Counted from the stretch's first letter, positions 33,973 to 42,224 are shown. The stretch: DNA of 64,000 nucleotides from Bacillota bacterium (GCA_049325315.1 JBMONB010000083.1:156257-220256); one strand, 5' to 3'. Numbers and translations are program-made. Notes: generated from the sequence alone by a model not told the origin.

Positions 33973-34545
33973 TCAGAGCTCCTTAGGCAGGTCCTGTAGA
34001 TAGTCTTCCTTCCACCTGTCCCATAGCTCCCGTGGCAGATCCGTCTCAGCTTGAACCCACTCGTTGCGAGTGGTGAGGTGGGTGTATAACCGGGGGTTAC
34101 CTGAGGGGGGCACCACCAGGAGAAGCCGATCGACAGTATGGCGGGACGGTCCGGTCCGATCGTCCACGGGGCTGGCCAAGTCCAGGAGCGCCCACTCATC
34201 GTCATGGGTTGCAGATTTGATCTGCAGGATCGCATGGGCTAAGGGCATGGTCTCCGCATGGACCCGTTCCGGCTCACCCAACCGGTGCTGTTGGGCCAAG
34301 GACATCAGCGAAATCAGTTCAGCCAGTCTCGGGATGAGTTCTCTCGTTTCCGGCGTATCCGCAGCTGACCAGCGAGTGTAGCCTGTCCGAAAGTGAATGC
34401 CCACAGATGCGGGAACCAGAAGATTGTGTTCCGACCCCGTGATGCGATCTAATCGGTCTCGGACCAGGAGCACACATACTAGAACCAATACGGAGAAACC
34501 AAGCCCAGCCATGAGCGCTCGTCTCCGAAGAGACCGTTCTCTCAT
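33973..34545 (-). CDS. Hypothetical membrane-anchored protein (island gene 3)
   Basis: A 190-aa ORF whose ATGA start overlaps the M23 gene stop. N-terminal anchor MAGLGFSVLVLVCVLLV. Low-G+C codon usage. Confidence 0.6.
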   Translation of the reverse strand: MRERSLRRRALMAGLGFSVLVLVCVLLVRDRLDRITGSEHNLLVPASVGIHFRTGYTRWSAADTPETRELIPRLAELISLMSLAQQHRLGEPERVHAETMPLAHAILQIKSATHDDEWALLDLASPVDDRTGPSRHTVDRLLLVVPPSGNPRLYTHLTTRNEWVQAETDLPRELWDRWKEDYLQDLPKEL

Positions 34546-35246
34546 TCCGGGACACCCTCTATGACCCCTTCTGGAGTTATGTCGTCGGAGCAGTACGGGT
34601 CACTCAGGAACCCGCAGACAAGGGATCTGTCGAACGGATCGACCCGCGTGCCCAGTGGCTCATCGACCCGCCAGTGCAGGTGATCCCCACACGAGTACCC
34701 CGTATTGTTGGCCGTCCCCAACTGCGAGTACTTTCCCACCGTATCGTTCTTCGAGACCGTGAGGGAGGTTGGGATCATGTGCAAGTACCACGTGTAGTAC
34801 TGCTTATTATCACCATAGTGAAGAGGGTGCCGTATTCTGACGTAGGTCCCTTGCCAATTGCCCGTGGAGTTACATGTGCACTTACCCTGACTGTCAAAGT
34901 AACACAGTTCAACGGAGTCAACTACAACTTCATCGACCGTCCCCGCCTGTGCAGCATATATGGCACCATGCTTACCGATGGGGTAATCAACACCGCTGTG
35001 CTGATCATATGTGTGTCCCCATACGTCCGTACAGTTGGTACAGGACCAGCCCGTGTAGTCTTTCATCTGATTCTCTACACGATTCAGGTCATAGTAGTAG
35101 TTGGGCGCGATACGCGAGATATCACTGACGGGGTGGATAAAGTGTGTCCAGGCTGTGGTTGCATGGGACGTCGATGGACCTGGGAACACGATGGTGGCAG
35201 CCAATAGGTAGAGGATCAGTCGAACCGCTGCTCTGCGTCTGTGCAT
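34542..35246 (-). CDS. Secreted M23 family metallopeptidase, Cys-rich (island gene 2)
   Basis: Signal peptide MHRRRAAVRLILYLLAATIVFPG. It has the M23 motifs HSGVDY (HxxxD) and GDHLHW (HxH), plus 8 Cys. SD GGGGGGTGA lies upstream. Confidence 0.75.
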   Translation of the reverse strand: MHRRRAAVRLILYLLAATIVFPGPSTSHATTAWTHFIHPVSDISRIAPNYYYDLNRVENQMKDYTGWSCTNCTDVWGHTYDQHSGVDYPIGKHGAIYAAQAGTVDEVVVDSVELCYFDSQGKCTCNSTGNWQGTYVRIRHPLHYGDNKQYYTWYLHMIPTSLTVSKNDTVGKYSQLGTANNTGYSCGDHLHWRVDEPLGTRVDPFDRSLVCGFLSDPYCSDDITPEGVIEGVPE

Positions 35247-35262
35247 GATTTCACCCCCCTGT

Positions 35263-36123
35263 CTACGGTGCCGGAGTCAGATTGACACGAACCCGCTTCC
35301 CATCCTTCAGCCCTGTAAGCCCATCAGCCACCCACATCGGTCGCTCCAGCCCAGGGATTACGCTGAGGGATCGTCCAGGCAGGTCAACGAGAACGGTATC
35401 CTTGCTGTCATAGGCCTGATAAGCCAGAAGCTTCCTATCGAAGGATTGGGCGATCTCCGTCGTCGTTCTCGGGAGGCGGTCCATGAACGGCTGCACGTCT
35501 CCCTTCACGCTCAACAACTTCAGGGTTGTGTAGGGCACCCATCGTGTACGCTCTGATTCGCTAAACACAAGGTTATCACCCAGCCATCCGACCGGCTTGG
35601 CCAGAGAACCGGGAACCACATACGAGACAATCTCTTCTGCCTTGGTCATGTCATAGATTCCGATGCCGTATTTTCCAATCTCAGTCTCATCCGGCCGTAG
35701 ATCCTGTGGCACTGCGTAGGCCAGATAGCGTTTGGAAGGGCTTGCCGTGAGCGCCCCACCTACCCCGCCAGCAGCCACCAGTAAACGTTCTTCCCCAGAG
35801 CAGTTCATCTCCCGCAAGGATAGGTCTCGGCCAACGAACAGGACTGTGCCGTTCCTGCCGATAACCGGCGACCACCCTTCACCCTGACATAGTGATCGAC
35901 CGCTATCTTCCAGGGTAAAAGTCAGATCCATGTACGTGGTGGAGTGCAAGAGCGTGAGTGATCCCGAAAGATCAGCCACTCGCCATTCTTCGCTTCCTGA
36001 CCATTCCTCTAGTTGCACATCCCACCTTTCTGGCCCCTTCTGCGCCGTAGAGTGTGCGCCCACCGCAAGAAGCACGATGGTCACCATGGGAAGAAACACC
36101 GTTCTGGTCATGCGCTTCACCAC
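35263..36123 (-). CDS. Secreted hypothetical protein with TolB/PD40-like repeats (island gene 1)
   Basis: GTG at 36123 with SD AGAGGTG 5 nt upstream. Signal peptide VKRMTRTVFLPMVTIVLLAVGAHSTAQ. It has the motifs SPSKRYLAYAV and FDRKLLAYQAY. Confidence 0.6.
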   Translation of the reverse strand: MVKRMTRTVFLPMVTIVLLAVGAHSTAQKGPERWDVQLEEWSGSEEWRVADLSGSLTLLHSTTYMDLTFTLEDSGRSLCQGEGWSPVIGRNGTVLFVGRDLSLREMNCSGEERLLVAAGGVGGALTASPSKRYLAYAVPQDLRPDETEIGKYGIGIYDMTKAEEIVSYVVPGSLAKPVGWLGDNLVFSESERTRWVPYTTLKLLSVKGDVQPFMDRLPRTTTEIAQSFDRKLLAYQAYDSKDTVLVDLPGRSLSVIPGLERPMWVADGLTGLKDGKRVRVNLTPAP

Positions 36124-36162
36124 ATTTTCACCTCTTTCAAAATAGTCAGCCAAGTTAGTCTC

Positions 36163-36191
36163 AGTCTAGCTTACCTGCTGGTTTGTGTCAA
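36163..36191 (-). promoter_or_regulatory. Sigma-A type promoter for the island operon (TTGACA-17-TAGACT on the minus strand)
   Basis: The reverse complement of 36186-36191 is TTGACA, the spacer is 17 nt, and the reverse complement of 36163-36168 is TAGACT. It lies about 40 nt upstream of the GTG at 36123. Confidence 0.55.
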
Positions 36192-36551
36192 TATAATGCT
36201 CTATTCATGTATTGAATGCTTACGGGTCTTGTGTTCTGCCCTTCTCCCTGGCTCGGTCCTGGTGTTGCCGACCGATCTCTGTTTGACCCGGATTCGCCCA
36301 CAATGCGTGACCCTAAAGGAAATGTTTAGCTATTCGAAGAACAACCGGAGCGGGCTGTTCATTTTTGTTTGGAAGAAAGACGGTGGGCCTCCCCCGACGG
36401 TATACAACGCCTACCAGCGCCCGTCGGAGAAAGCCCACTGGGGCCCAAGGCTCAAAAACCTTGAAAAGATCAGCGACTTATGTCACCTTGACCTCTTGAC
36501 ATGAAACCGCTGGGCTTTCACATCAACGAGGCGCCGCCACTTACACATACA

Positions 36552-36583
36552 GATGGGCCCGCGAATTGGTTCGCGGGCCCATC
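36552..36583. terminator. Strong hairpin terminator (14-bp stem) downstream of the 72-aa gene
   Basis: GATGGGCCCGCGAA-ttgg-TTCGCGGGCCCATC. The minus-strand tail is TGTATGTGT and the plus-strand tail is CGTTTCC. Confidence 0.7.
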
Positions 36584-36617
36584 CGTTTCCTGGGAACGCT
36601 GCAGGGCCGGGCTCGCG

Positions 36618-36836
36618 CTAGACCAGGCGGGTGCCCGTGCGCAGGGTGTTGTGCCAGAGGTCCTGGCACTCCTCGGCTACCTTGCGCCAGTGCGCCCGGA
36701 CCGGGGCGGGAACATCTTGCTTCATCGAGAGCTGCTGGGCGCCCAGGTGCAAAACGAAGAACAGGTCATCGACGCCCATGCCGTGCTTGTCTAGAAACTG
36801 GGTCAGGGCGGACAGATCGCGCTCCTTCGGGTTCAT
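36618..36836 (-). CDS. Small hypothetical protein, 72 aa
   Basis: ATG at 36836 with SD GGGAGGGA 6 nt upstream (an internal start of track ORF 36618..37070). It is divergent from the ECF sigma gene. I recognise no domain. Confidence 0.5.
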   Translation of the reverse strand: MNPKERDLSALTQFLDKHGMGVDDLFFVLHLGAQQLSMKQDVPAPVRAHWRKVAEECQDLWHNTLRTGTRLV

Positions 36837-37061
36837 TGCGGTTCCCTCCCGCATGGAATCCATCTCATCCATAGGATACCACAGCCTTTGCCCCGGGCGA
36901 AACGGTCCCCGGGTGAAACGGGACGACCACATCCACACGTCTGTCTGGGTGAGAGGCCCCGGAGGAGGCGGTTCCGTTGCAATCTGCCCATGTCGCCCCC
37001 AGGGACCGCGCCCTGTTGGAAAAACCTGCTGTGCCCAGATCCAACCAAATGGCAGGTCTGC

Positions 37062-37088
37062 GGAAACCAAGTGGCGTAAACCTTCGTC
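37062..37088 (+). promoter_or_regulatory. ECF-type promoter (GGAAAC-N17-CGTC) upstream of the ECF sigma gene
   Basis: It matches the established AAC (-35) / CGT (-10) ECF architecture. It lies about 40 nt upstream of the ATG at 37127. A second similar motif lies at 36914-36941 (TGAAAC-N18-CGTC). Confidence 0.55.
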
Positions 37089-37126
37089 TTATACGGGATA
37101 TGGACGAAGCGAAGGGAGACGCCCGC

Positions 37127-37687
37127 ATGTCGCATTCCGAGAGGGTCGCCCTGCCAGCGGATCGGTCGGACGCTATTGAGCTATTGATGCAGGAGTACGG
37201 CACAAAGGTACTCCACCTCGCTTATTACTATCTTAAAGACCGTCATCTGGCGGAAGATGTCGCCCAGGAGGTCTTTATTAAGGCCTACCGCAACTGGGGC
37301 TCGTTCCGGGGTGAGAGTTCCGCCTATACCTGGCTCTACAAGATCACGGTCAACCTGTGCCGTGACAAGGCCCGCAGCGCTTGGTGGCGCCGGCTGGTTC
37401 CGTCCGATGATCCCCGCTCGGCTCACGACGGCCTCGAACTCTCCACCTCCGAGGAGGATCCGGAGACGGCGGCGATCCTGAGCGATGAGAAGGACCGGAT
37501 GATGGAGCACGTGATGAAGCTGCCCGACTCCTACCGCGAGGCGATCGTCCTGTACTACTACCAGGACCTCTCCACGGTGGAGATCGCCGAGGTCACCGGG
37601 CAGAATGAGAATACGATCAAGACACGGCTGTTCCGGGCCAGAGCGATGCTCAAAGAGCAGTTGCAGAAAGGAGGTGTGGCGCGATGA
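37127..37687 (+). CDS. ECF (sigma-70 family group 4) RNA polymerase sigma factor
   Basis: Region 2 is DVAQEVFIKAYRNWGSFRGESSAYTWLYKITVNLCRD. Region 4 is YREAIVLYYYQDLSTVEIAEVTGQNENTIKTRLFRAR. SD GAAGGGAG lies 8 nt upstream. The ATG at 37100 is an alternative start. Confidence 0.85.
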   Translation: MSHSERVALPADRSDAIELLMQEYGTKVLHLAYYYLKDRHLAEDVAQEVFIKAYRNWGSFRGESSAYTWLYKITVNLCRDKARSAWWRRLVPSDDPRSAHDGLELSTSEEDPETAAILSDEKDRMMEHVMKLPDSYREAIVLYYYQDLSTVEIAEVTGQNENTIKTRLFRARAMLKEQLQKGGVAR

Positions 37688-39186
37688 GCGACCGGTTTGA
37701 TGCCGAACTGAAGAAGGCGCTGAAGGATTCCACCGCCAGGTCGCTCGAGGGCTGGGAGTTTACCCCGGCTATGCGCCAGACCGTCCTGAAGCGGATCGCT
37801 GAGGAGGAGGGGCCCGCTGATCCCGTTCCCGCCCGCCGCTCCCGACCGGTACCGACCCGCCCGCTGATGTGGATGGCGGCCGCCGCCGCGGCCTTCGTCG
37901 TCGCCTTCAACATGATGCAGCTGGACCTCGGTTTCGGCGGCGGTGCCGCCAAGCAGTCGGAGGCGCCCATGTCCGGCGCTGCCCGGTCGACTGCTTCCAA
38001 GCCTGCCGCCCCTGTGGCAAAGGAGTCACCATCGGCAGAGCATGCTGTGGTCTCGACCCCCGGGACCAAGGGGGAAGAGAAGTCGGGCCAAGGTGCCAAC
38101 ACGGCGGCAACGACCGAGTCGTCGTCGACACTCAAGGTGGCGGCTGCCGACCAGGCGAAGGAGACGGAGTCCGCCGCCATGGCGGCGCCCGCAAGCCCGG
38201 CCCGGCTTCATCTGGTGGTTCCAGAGGCAACGGCATCCGACGAGGTGGGAATCGCCCTGAAGGCGCCCGGCGGGCAGAGCCCCGGCATCATGGCCGTGGG
38301 CCCCGAGGTGCTTGGCATGGCCCGGACCGGGGCGAATGCGGCGGTCCGAACCCGTGAGACGCTCCAGTTGGTGGATGGTGACGGCGGACTGATCTGGGAA
38401 AAGTCGCTCGCAGGCGGCCCGGGTCCGGTGGTGACCCTGAACGGGAAGATCGCCACCAGCGCCGGCAGCGACCTCTACCGCTTCAATACCGAGGGGCGTC
38501 AGGAGTTGCGGGTGACCCTCCACGCCGCGCCGGAGGGGATCTTCCTAAGCCCCGACGACCGCATCGCCGCCCTGGTGGGCGATCAGCTGCTGGTCTATGA
38601 ACAGGGCAAGCTCCGGTTCCGGGTGAACGGTCTGGGTGCAGGGTTCGCCGCCTTCGGCCCCGATGGCTCCTTGGCGGTGACCGGCAAGGAAGGGTTCCGG
38701 CTCTTCAGCCGGGATGGCGCCCTTCTCTGGACCGCGCCCCCACCGGGCAACGGCCTGGGCATCACCTTCGCCGGCGGCGGTGAGGTGGTCGTGGCCGACG
38801 GGCAGGCGTTCCACCGGTCGGGCCAGCCGCTCTGGAGAGCCCCGATTCGCACGCAGGGCGTTTTCACCCTGGGCGCCGACGGCCCGGTTGTGCTCTGGGA
38901 CAGCAAGAGCCTGACCCTGGTCCGCCCCGAGGACGGCACCGAGATCTGGACCGCTGCGCACGGCGGCCGGCAGACCCTGCAGGTCGCCTCCTCCGACAGC
39001 GGCGACCAGGTGGCGGTTCTGGCCAGCGTCGACGAGGGTGCAGCCGTCTGGGTCCTCAACCGGGCCGGCGGGCAGCGGTACGCCGAGAAGCTCCCGTCTC
39101 AGCCCTTGGGCGTGGCGGTGGAGGGCGACACCCTCCTGCTCCTCACGGAGAATGGGGTCGAGAGCCGGGCCCTGCCGCCCCGATAA
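37684..39186 (+). CDS. Putative anti-sigma factor: short cytoplasmic N-terminus, one TM helix, extracytoplasmic PQQ-like beta-propeller
   Basis: The ATGA start overlaps the sigma gene stop. TM segment LMWMAAAAAAFVVAFNMM. An Ala/Pro/Ser-rich linker is followed by repeated G..LW blocks (GGLIWEKS, GALLWTAP, GQPLWRAP, TEIWTAA). Confidence 0.65.
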   Translation: MSDRFDAELKKALKDSTARSLEGWEFTPAMRQTVLKRIAEEEGPADPVPARRSRPVPTRPLMWMAAAAAAFVVAFNMMQLDLGFGGGAAKQSEAPMSGAARSTASKPAAPVAKESPSAEHAVVSTPGTKGEEKSGQGANTAATTESSSTLKVAAADQAKETESAAMAAPASPARLHLVVPEATASDEVGIALKAPGGQSPGIMAVGPEVLGMARTGANAAVRTRETLQLVDGDGGLIWEKSLAGGPGPVVTLNGKIATSAGSDLYRFNTEGRQELRVTLHAAPEGIFLSPDDRIAALVGDQLLVYEQGKLRFRVNGLGAGFAAFGPDGSLAVTGKEGFRLFSRDGALLWTAPPPGNGLGITFAGGGEVVVADGQAFHRSGQPLWRAPIRTQGVFTLGADGPVVLWDSKSLTLVRPEDGTEIWTAAHGGRQTLQVASSDSGDQVAVLASVDEGAAVWVLNRAGGQRYAEKLPSQPLGVAVEGDTLLLLTENGVESRALPPR

Positions 39187-39196
39187 AGGCAAGGAC

Positions 39197-39233
39197 GACC
39201 CGCACTGCCTGCGCAAGGCAGTGCGGGTCTTTC
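39197..39233 (+). terminator. Rho-independent terminator after the anti-sigma gene
   Basis: A 14-bp stem GACCCGCACTGCCT / AGGCAGTGCGGGTC with a 5-nt loop, then TTTC. Confidence 0.8.
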
Positions 39234-39241
39234 ACAATGGA

Positions 39242-39267
39242 TGAACGGTTTACCTCCTTTAGTCGTC
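39242..39267 (+). promoter_or_regulatory. ECF-type promoter (TGAAC-N17-CGTC) upstream of the S8-like lipoprotein gene
   Basis: It has the same AAC-N17-CGTCT pattern as the sigma gene promoter. It lies about 32 nt upstream of the GTG at 39299. Confidence 0.5.
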
Positions 39268-39298
39268 TGAATCAACAGACAGGAAGGAGGGATTACCT

Positions 39299-40555
39299 GT
39301 GCAAACCCTGAAGAGTCGGCCGAGAATCGCGTTGCTCGCCTTGCTGCTGCTCCTTGCCAACCTGTTCGGCTGTGCCCAGCCACCCCCTCCGGCCCCGGTC
39401 CTCGCCCCCGCCGTGGAGAACCCGACCTTCAGCCGAACCCCTCCGGTGGCGAACTGGACATTTCGTAAGAAGGCCTGGTCTGAGCCGCCCCGGGAGCCGG
39501 CGCAGAAGGGCAATCCCTTCGCCGTCGATCTGCGGCTGGCCGACCTCAGGGGCGTGGACCTCCGCCAGAGCGGCGAGGTGCTGATCAACCACGCCCTCTT
39601 TGATACCGATACCAAATGGCCGTCGGAAATGCCCGCAAAGTTTGATCCCGCGAAGATCATGGAGCTGGGCAAGAACCCCGGGCTGGGTGTGCGGGCGCTT
39701 CACCGTGACGGCGTGACAGGGCGGGGGATTCACGTAGCCTTTCTGGACCAGACGCTGCTGCTGGAGCACGAGGAGTATGCCGGGCGCATCCTGCGTTACG
39801 ACGAGATCGGACGGGTCGAGACGCAGGCGGCAATGCACGGGGCGGCGGTCACCTCCCTGCTGGCCGGGAGGTCCACCGGCGTGGCGCCCGACGTCATCAT
39901 CACCTACTACGCCGTGCAGGTTTCTGCGGGCAGGAGCCGGACCTTCACCTACCTGGCCGAGGCGATCAACCGAATCGTGGACGAGAACGCCAAGCTCCCC
40001 GATGCCGAGAAGATCCGGGTCATCGGGGCAGCGATCGGCTGGAGTCCCAAGGAGGAGGGGTACGAAGAGATCGACAAGGCCGTCAGGCGCGCCAGGGCGG
40101 AGGGCGTCTTTGTCATCTCCTCCAGTGTGGACAAGTACTACGCCTTCAAGTTCCACGGCCTGGGCCGGCACCCCCTGGCCGACCCCGATCGCCACAACTC
40201 CTACCGGCCCGGGGATTTTTGGGCGGAGCAGTACTACCGGTCCCCGGAATCATACCAGAAGCAGTTCCTGAATGGCCGGATCCTGGTGCCGATGGACTCG
40301 CGGACCACCGCCGCCCCCACTGGAAAGTCCGCCTATGCCTTTTACCGGCAGGGCGGCTGGAGCTGGTCGATCCCGTACCTCGTTGGGGTCTACGCCATGG
40401 GGCTGCAGGTCCGACCGAACCTGACACCCGATGAGTTCTACCAGGCGGCGCTGGAGACCGGCTGGTACACCGAGTTCACCCACGACGGCAAGTCGCACCG
40501 GCTCGGGCCGGTCATCAACCCGGCGGGAATCGTAGAGCGCCTCCGGAGCCTTTAG
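39299..40555 (+). CDS. Lipoprotein with a pentapeptide-repeat-like segment and a divergent S8 (subtilase)-like domain
   Basis: GTG start with SD GGAAGGAGGG upstream. Lipobox LANLFGC. ADLRGVDLRQSG is pentapeptide-like. Subtilase-like blocks are GIHVAFLDQT (Asp), MHGAAVTSLLAGRSTGVAPD (His) and GGWSWSIPYLVGVYAMG (Ser). Confidence 0.55.
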   Translation: MQTLKSRPRIALLALLLLLANLFGCAQPPPPAPVLAPAVENPTFSRTPPVANWTFRKKAWSEPPREPAQKGNPFAVDLRLADLRGVDLRQSGEVLINHALFDTDTKWPSEMPAKFDPAKIMELGKNPGLGVRALHRDGVTGRGIHVAFLDQTLLLEHEEYAGRILRYDEIGRVETQAAMHGAAVTSLLAGRSTGVAPDVIITYYAVQVSAGRSRTFTYLAEAINRIVDENAKLPDAEKIRVIGAAIGWSPKEEGYEEIDKAVRRARAEGVFVISSSVDKYYAFKFHGLGRHPLADPDRHNSYRPGDFWAEQYYRSPESYQKQFLNGRILVPMDSRTTAAPTGKSAYAFYRQGGWSWSIPYLVGVYAMGLQVRPNLTPDEFYQAALETGWYTEFTHDGKSHRLGPVINPAGIVERLRSL

Positions 40556-41796
40556 GCCCGGCGCAGCGCCTCGCCCAGCCGGTCGATCTCCTCCAGGGTG
40601 TTGTAATGGAGGAGGCTGACCCGGACCGCCTCGCCCCCGTACTCAGCGGCCAGCCGGGTCATCTGCCGGATGGCCAGGTAGTTCCCCGTGCGGGCCTCAA
40701 TGCCGGCCGCCTCCAGGTGGCGGGCCAGATCGCCCGGCGCCCGGCCGTTCAGGTTAAAGGAGATGATCGGCACGTCGGGCTGACCGTAGATCACGGCGCC
40801 CTCCACGGCGCTGATTCGCTCCTTCAGGGCGGCAGTCAACTCCTGCTCGTAGGCCCCGATCGCCTGCATGGCCATCCGCAGCCGCTCCCGCCGCGAGGCC
40901 GGCGCCTCGCCGCCGGTGACCGCAGCGGCGGCGGTGCCCAGCATCTCCAGGTACTCCAGCGTGCCCAGGAAGCCGGCGGCGCCCTCGTGGTTCTGGGTGC
41001 CCAGCTCCAGCTTGGCGGCGTGGGCGGTGCCCAGCTCAAAGCGCCCCGCCTCCCGGCTGACCAGCTCGCCCAGCTGCCAGCCGCCCAGGCGGGCCGGGTT
41101 GATGGCGAGGAAGCCCAGGTGCGGGCCGAAGAGCTTGTAGGCCGAGGCGACGGCGAAGTCCAGGTCCCACTCATCGAAGGCCATGGGCAGATGCGGCGCC
41201 CCGGCGACGCCATCGACGAAGATCAGCGCCCCCGCCTCGTGGGCCAGCCGGGCCAGCAGCGCCAGGTCGTTGACCACGCCGGTGGCGTTGGAGACCCAGC
41301 CGCAGGCCACCAGCTTGGGCCGCCGGGCCAGCAGCTCCCGGTAGGCGGCCAGGTCCAGCCGCCCGTCGGGCCCCAGCGGCACCGCTGCGACCTCGACCCC
41401 CCGGCTGGCCATCTCCTCCCAGGGGAGCACGTTGGCCTGGTGGTCCAGGTCGGTGGTCAGGATCAGGTCGCCCGCCTCCAGGTCCCGCCCCAGGTGGTGG
41501 GCGACCAGGGCGGTCAGGCTGGTGCCGTTCAGCCCCAGGGCGATCTGCTCCGCACGGGTGCCGGCGAAGTCGGCCACCGCGGCCCGCAGGTCGTAGATCA
41601 GCCGCTGCATCCGCTCCTGGCGGGCGAAGACCGAGCCCTTCTGGGCGTTGTGGTGCAGCAGGTGGTCGGTCACCCGGTCGATCGCCCCCCGGGGCAGCTG
41701 CGCTCCGGCGGCGTTGTCAAAGAGGATCGAGTCGCCCTGCAGGGCGGGAAAGTGGTGGCGCATGCGCAGGAACAGGTCACCCAGCGGCGTGGACAT
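40552..41796 (-). CDS. Class V aminotransferase-fold PLP enzyme (cysteine desulfurase-like family)
   Basis: A 414-aa ORF. FDNAAGAQLP lies near the N-terminus. The PLP-lysine context is FAVASAYKLFGPHLG. Confidence 0.75.
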   Translation of the reverse strand: MSTPLGDLFLRMRHHFPALQGDSILFDNAAGAQLPRGAIDRVTDHLLHHNAQKGSVFARQERMQRLIYDLRAAVADFAGTRAEQIALGLNGTSLTALVAHHLGRDLEAGDLILTTDLDHQANVLPWEEMASRGVEVAAVPLGPDGRLDLAAYRELLARRPKLVACGWVSNATGVVNDLALLARLAHEAGALIFVDGVAGAPHLPMAFDEWDLDFAVASAYKLFGPHLGFLAINPARLGGWQLGELVSREAGRFELGTAHAAKLELGTQNHEGAAGFLGTLEYLEMLGTAAAAVTGGEAPASRRERLRMAMQAIGAYEQELTAALKERISAVEGAVIYGQPDVPIISFNLNGRAPGDLARHLEAAGIEARTGNYLAIRQMTRLAAEYGGEAVRVSLLHYNTLEEIDRLGEALRRA

Positions 41797-41963
41797 GCGA
41801 TAAACTCCTTCCGTATGGGGAACGATGGTACCTTAGAAGTTTGCTCTTCCCGGACCAACTCCTGCGTATTCCCGATGGTTAAGGCTTGCCAAGAGAACCC
41901 TTCCTGGGACAGAATAGGGAGGAGGAACGCCGTTATCTCCTCTTCGTGATAGGAGGTCTACCC

Positions 41964-42116
41964 GTGAACTTCTGGATCTGGATTCTTGCCCTCGCCGCCG
42001 CCAGCGCTATCGTTTACTACGCTCTTTCCATCAACGGCAAGGTCGAGCATGCCGGCGGGCATGACGACCACGGCCATGGTCACGACGACCATGGGCATGG
42101 GCACGGGCACCACTAG
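41964..42116 (+). CDS. Small membrane protein (50 aa) with a His-rich tail
   Basis: GTG at 41964 with SD TAGGAGG 7 nt upstream (an internal start of track ORF 41886..42116). The sequence is VNFWIWILALAAASAIVYYALSINGKVEHAGGHDDHGHGHDDHGHGHGHH. Confidence 0.55.
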   Translation: MNFWIWILALAAASAIVYYALSINGKVEHAGGHDDHGHGHDDHGHGHGHH

Positions 42117-42224
42117 CGTAGCCCACGGTTCTGACTATCGCGACGCCCGCCGTCACGCATGTCGTCACGGCGGGCTTTGCCTCATACGAGTGACCCACTA
42201 ACCGGCAAGGGAGTTGCATCCAAG

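Noticed and set aside
36501-37179. Several overlapping plus-strand ORFs (36501..36794, 36566..36874, 36631..37179) and the long N-terminal extension of 36618..37070.
   Set aside because: They lack SD sites and have shadow-type composition. The SD-preceded 72-aa minus-strand ORF and the ECF sigma gene account for the region.
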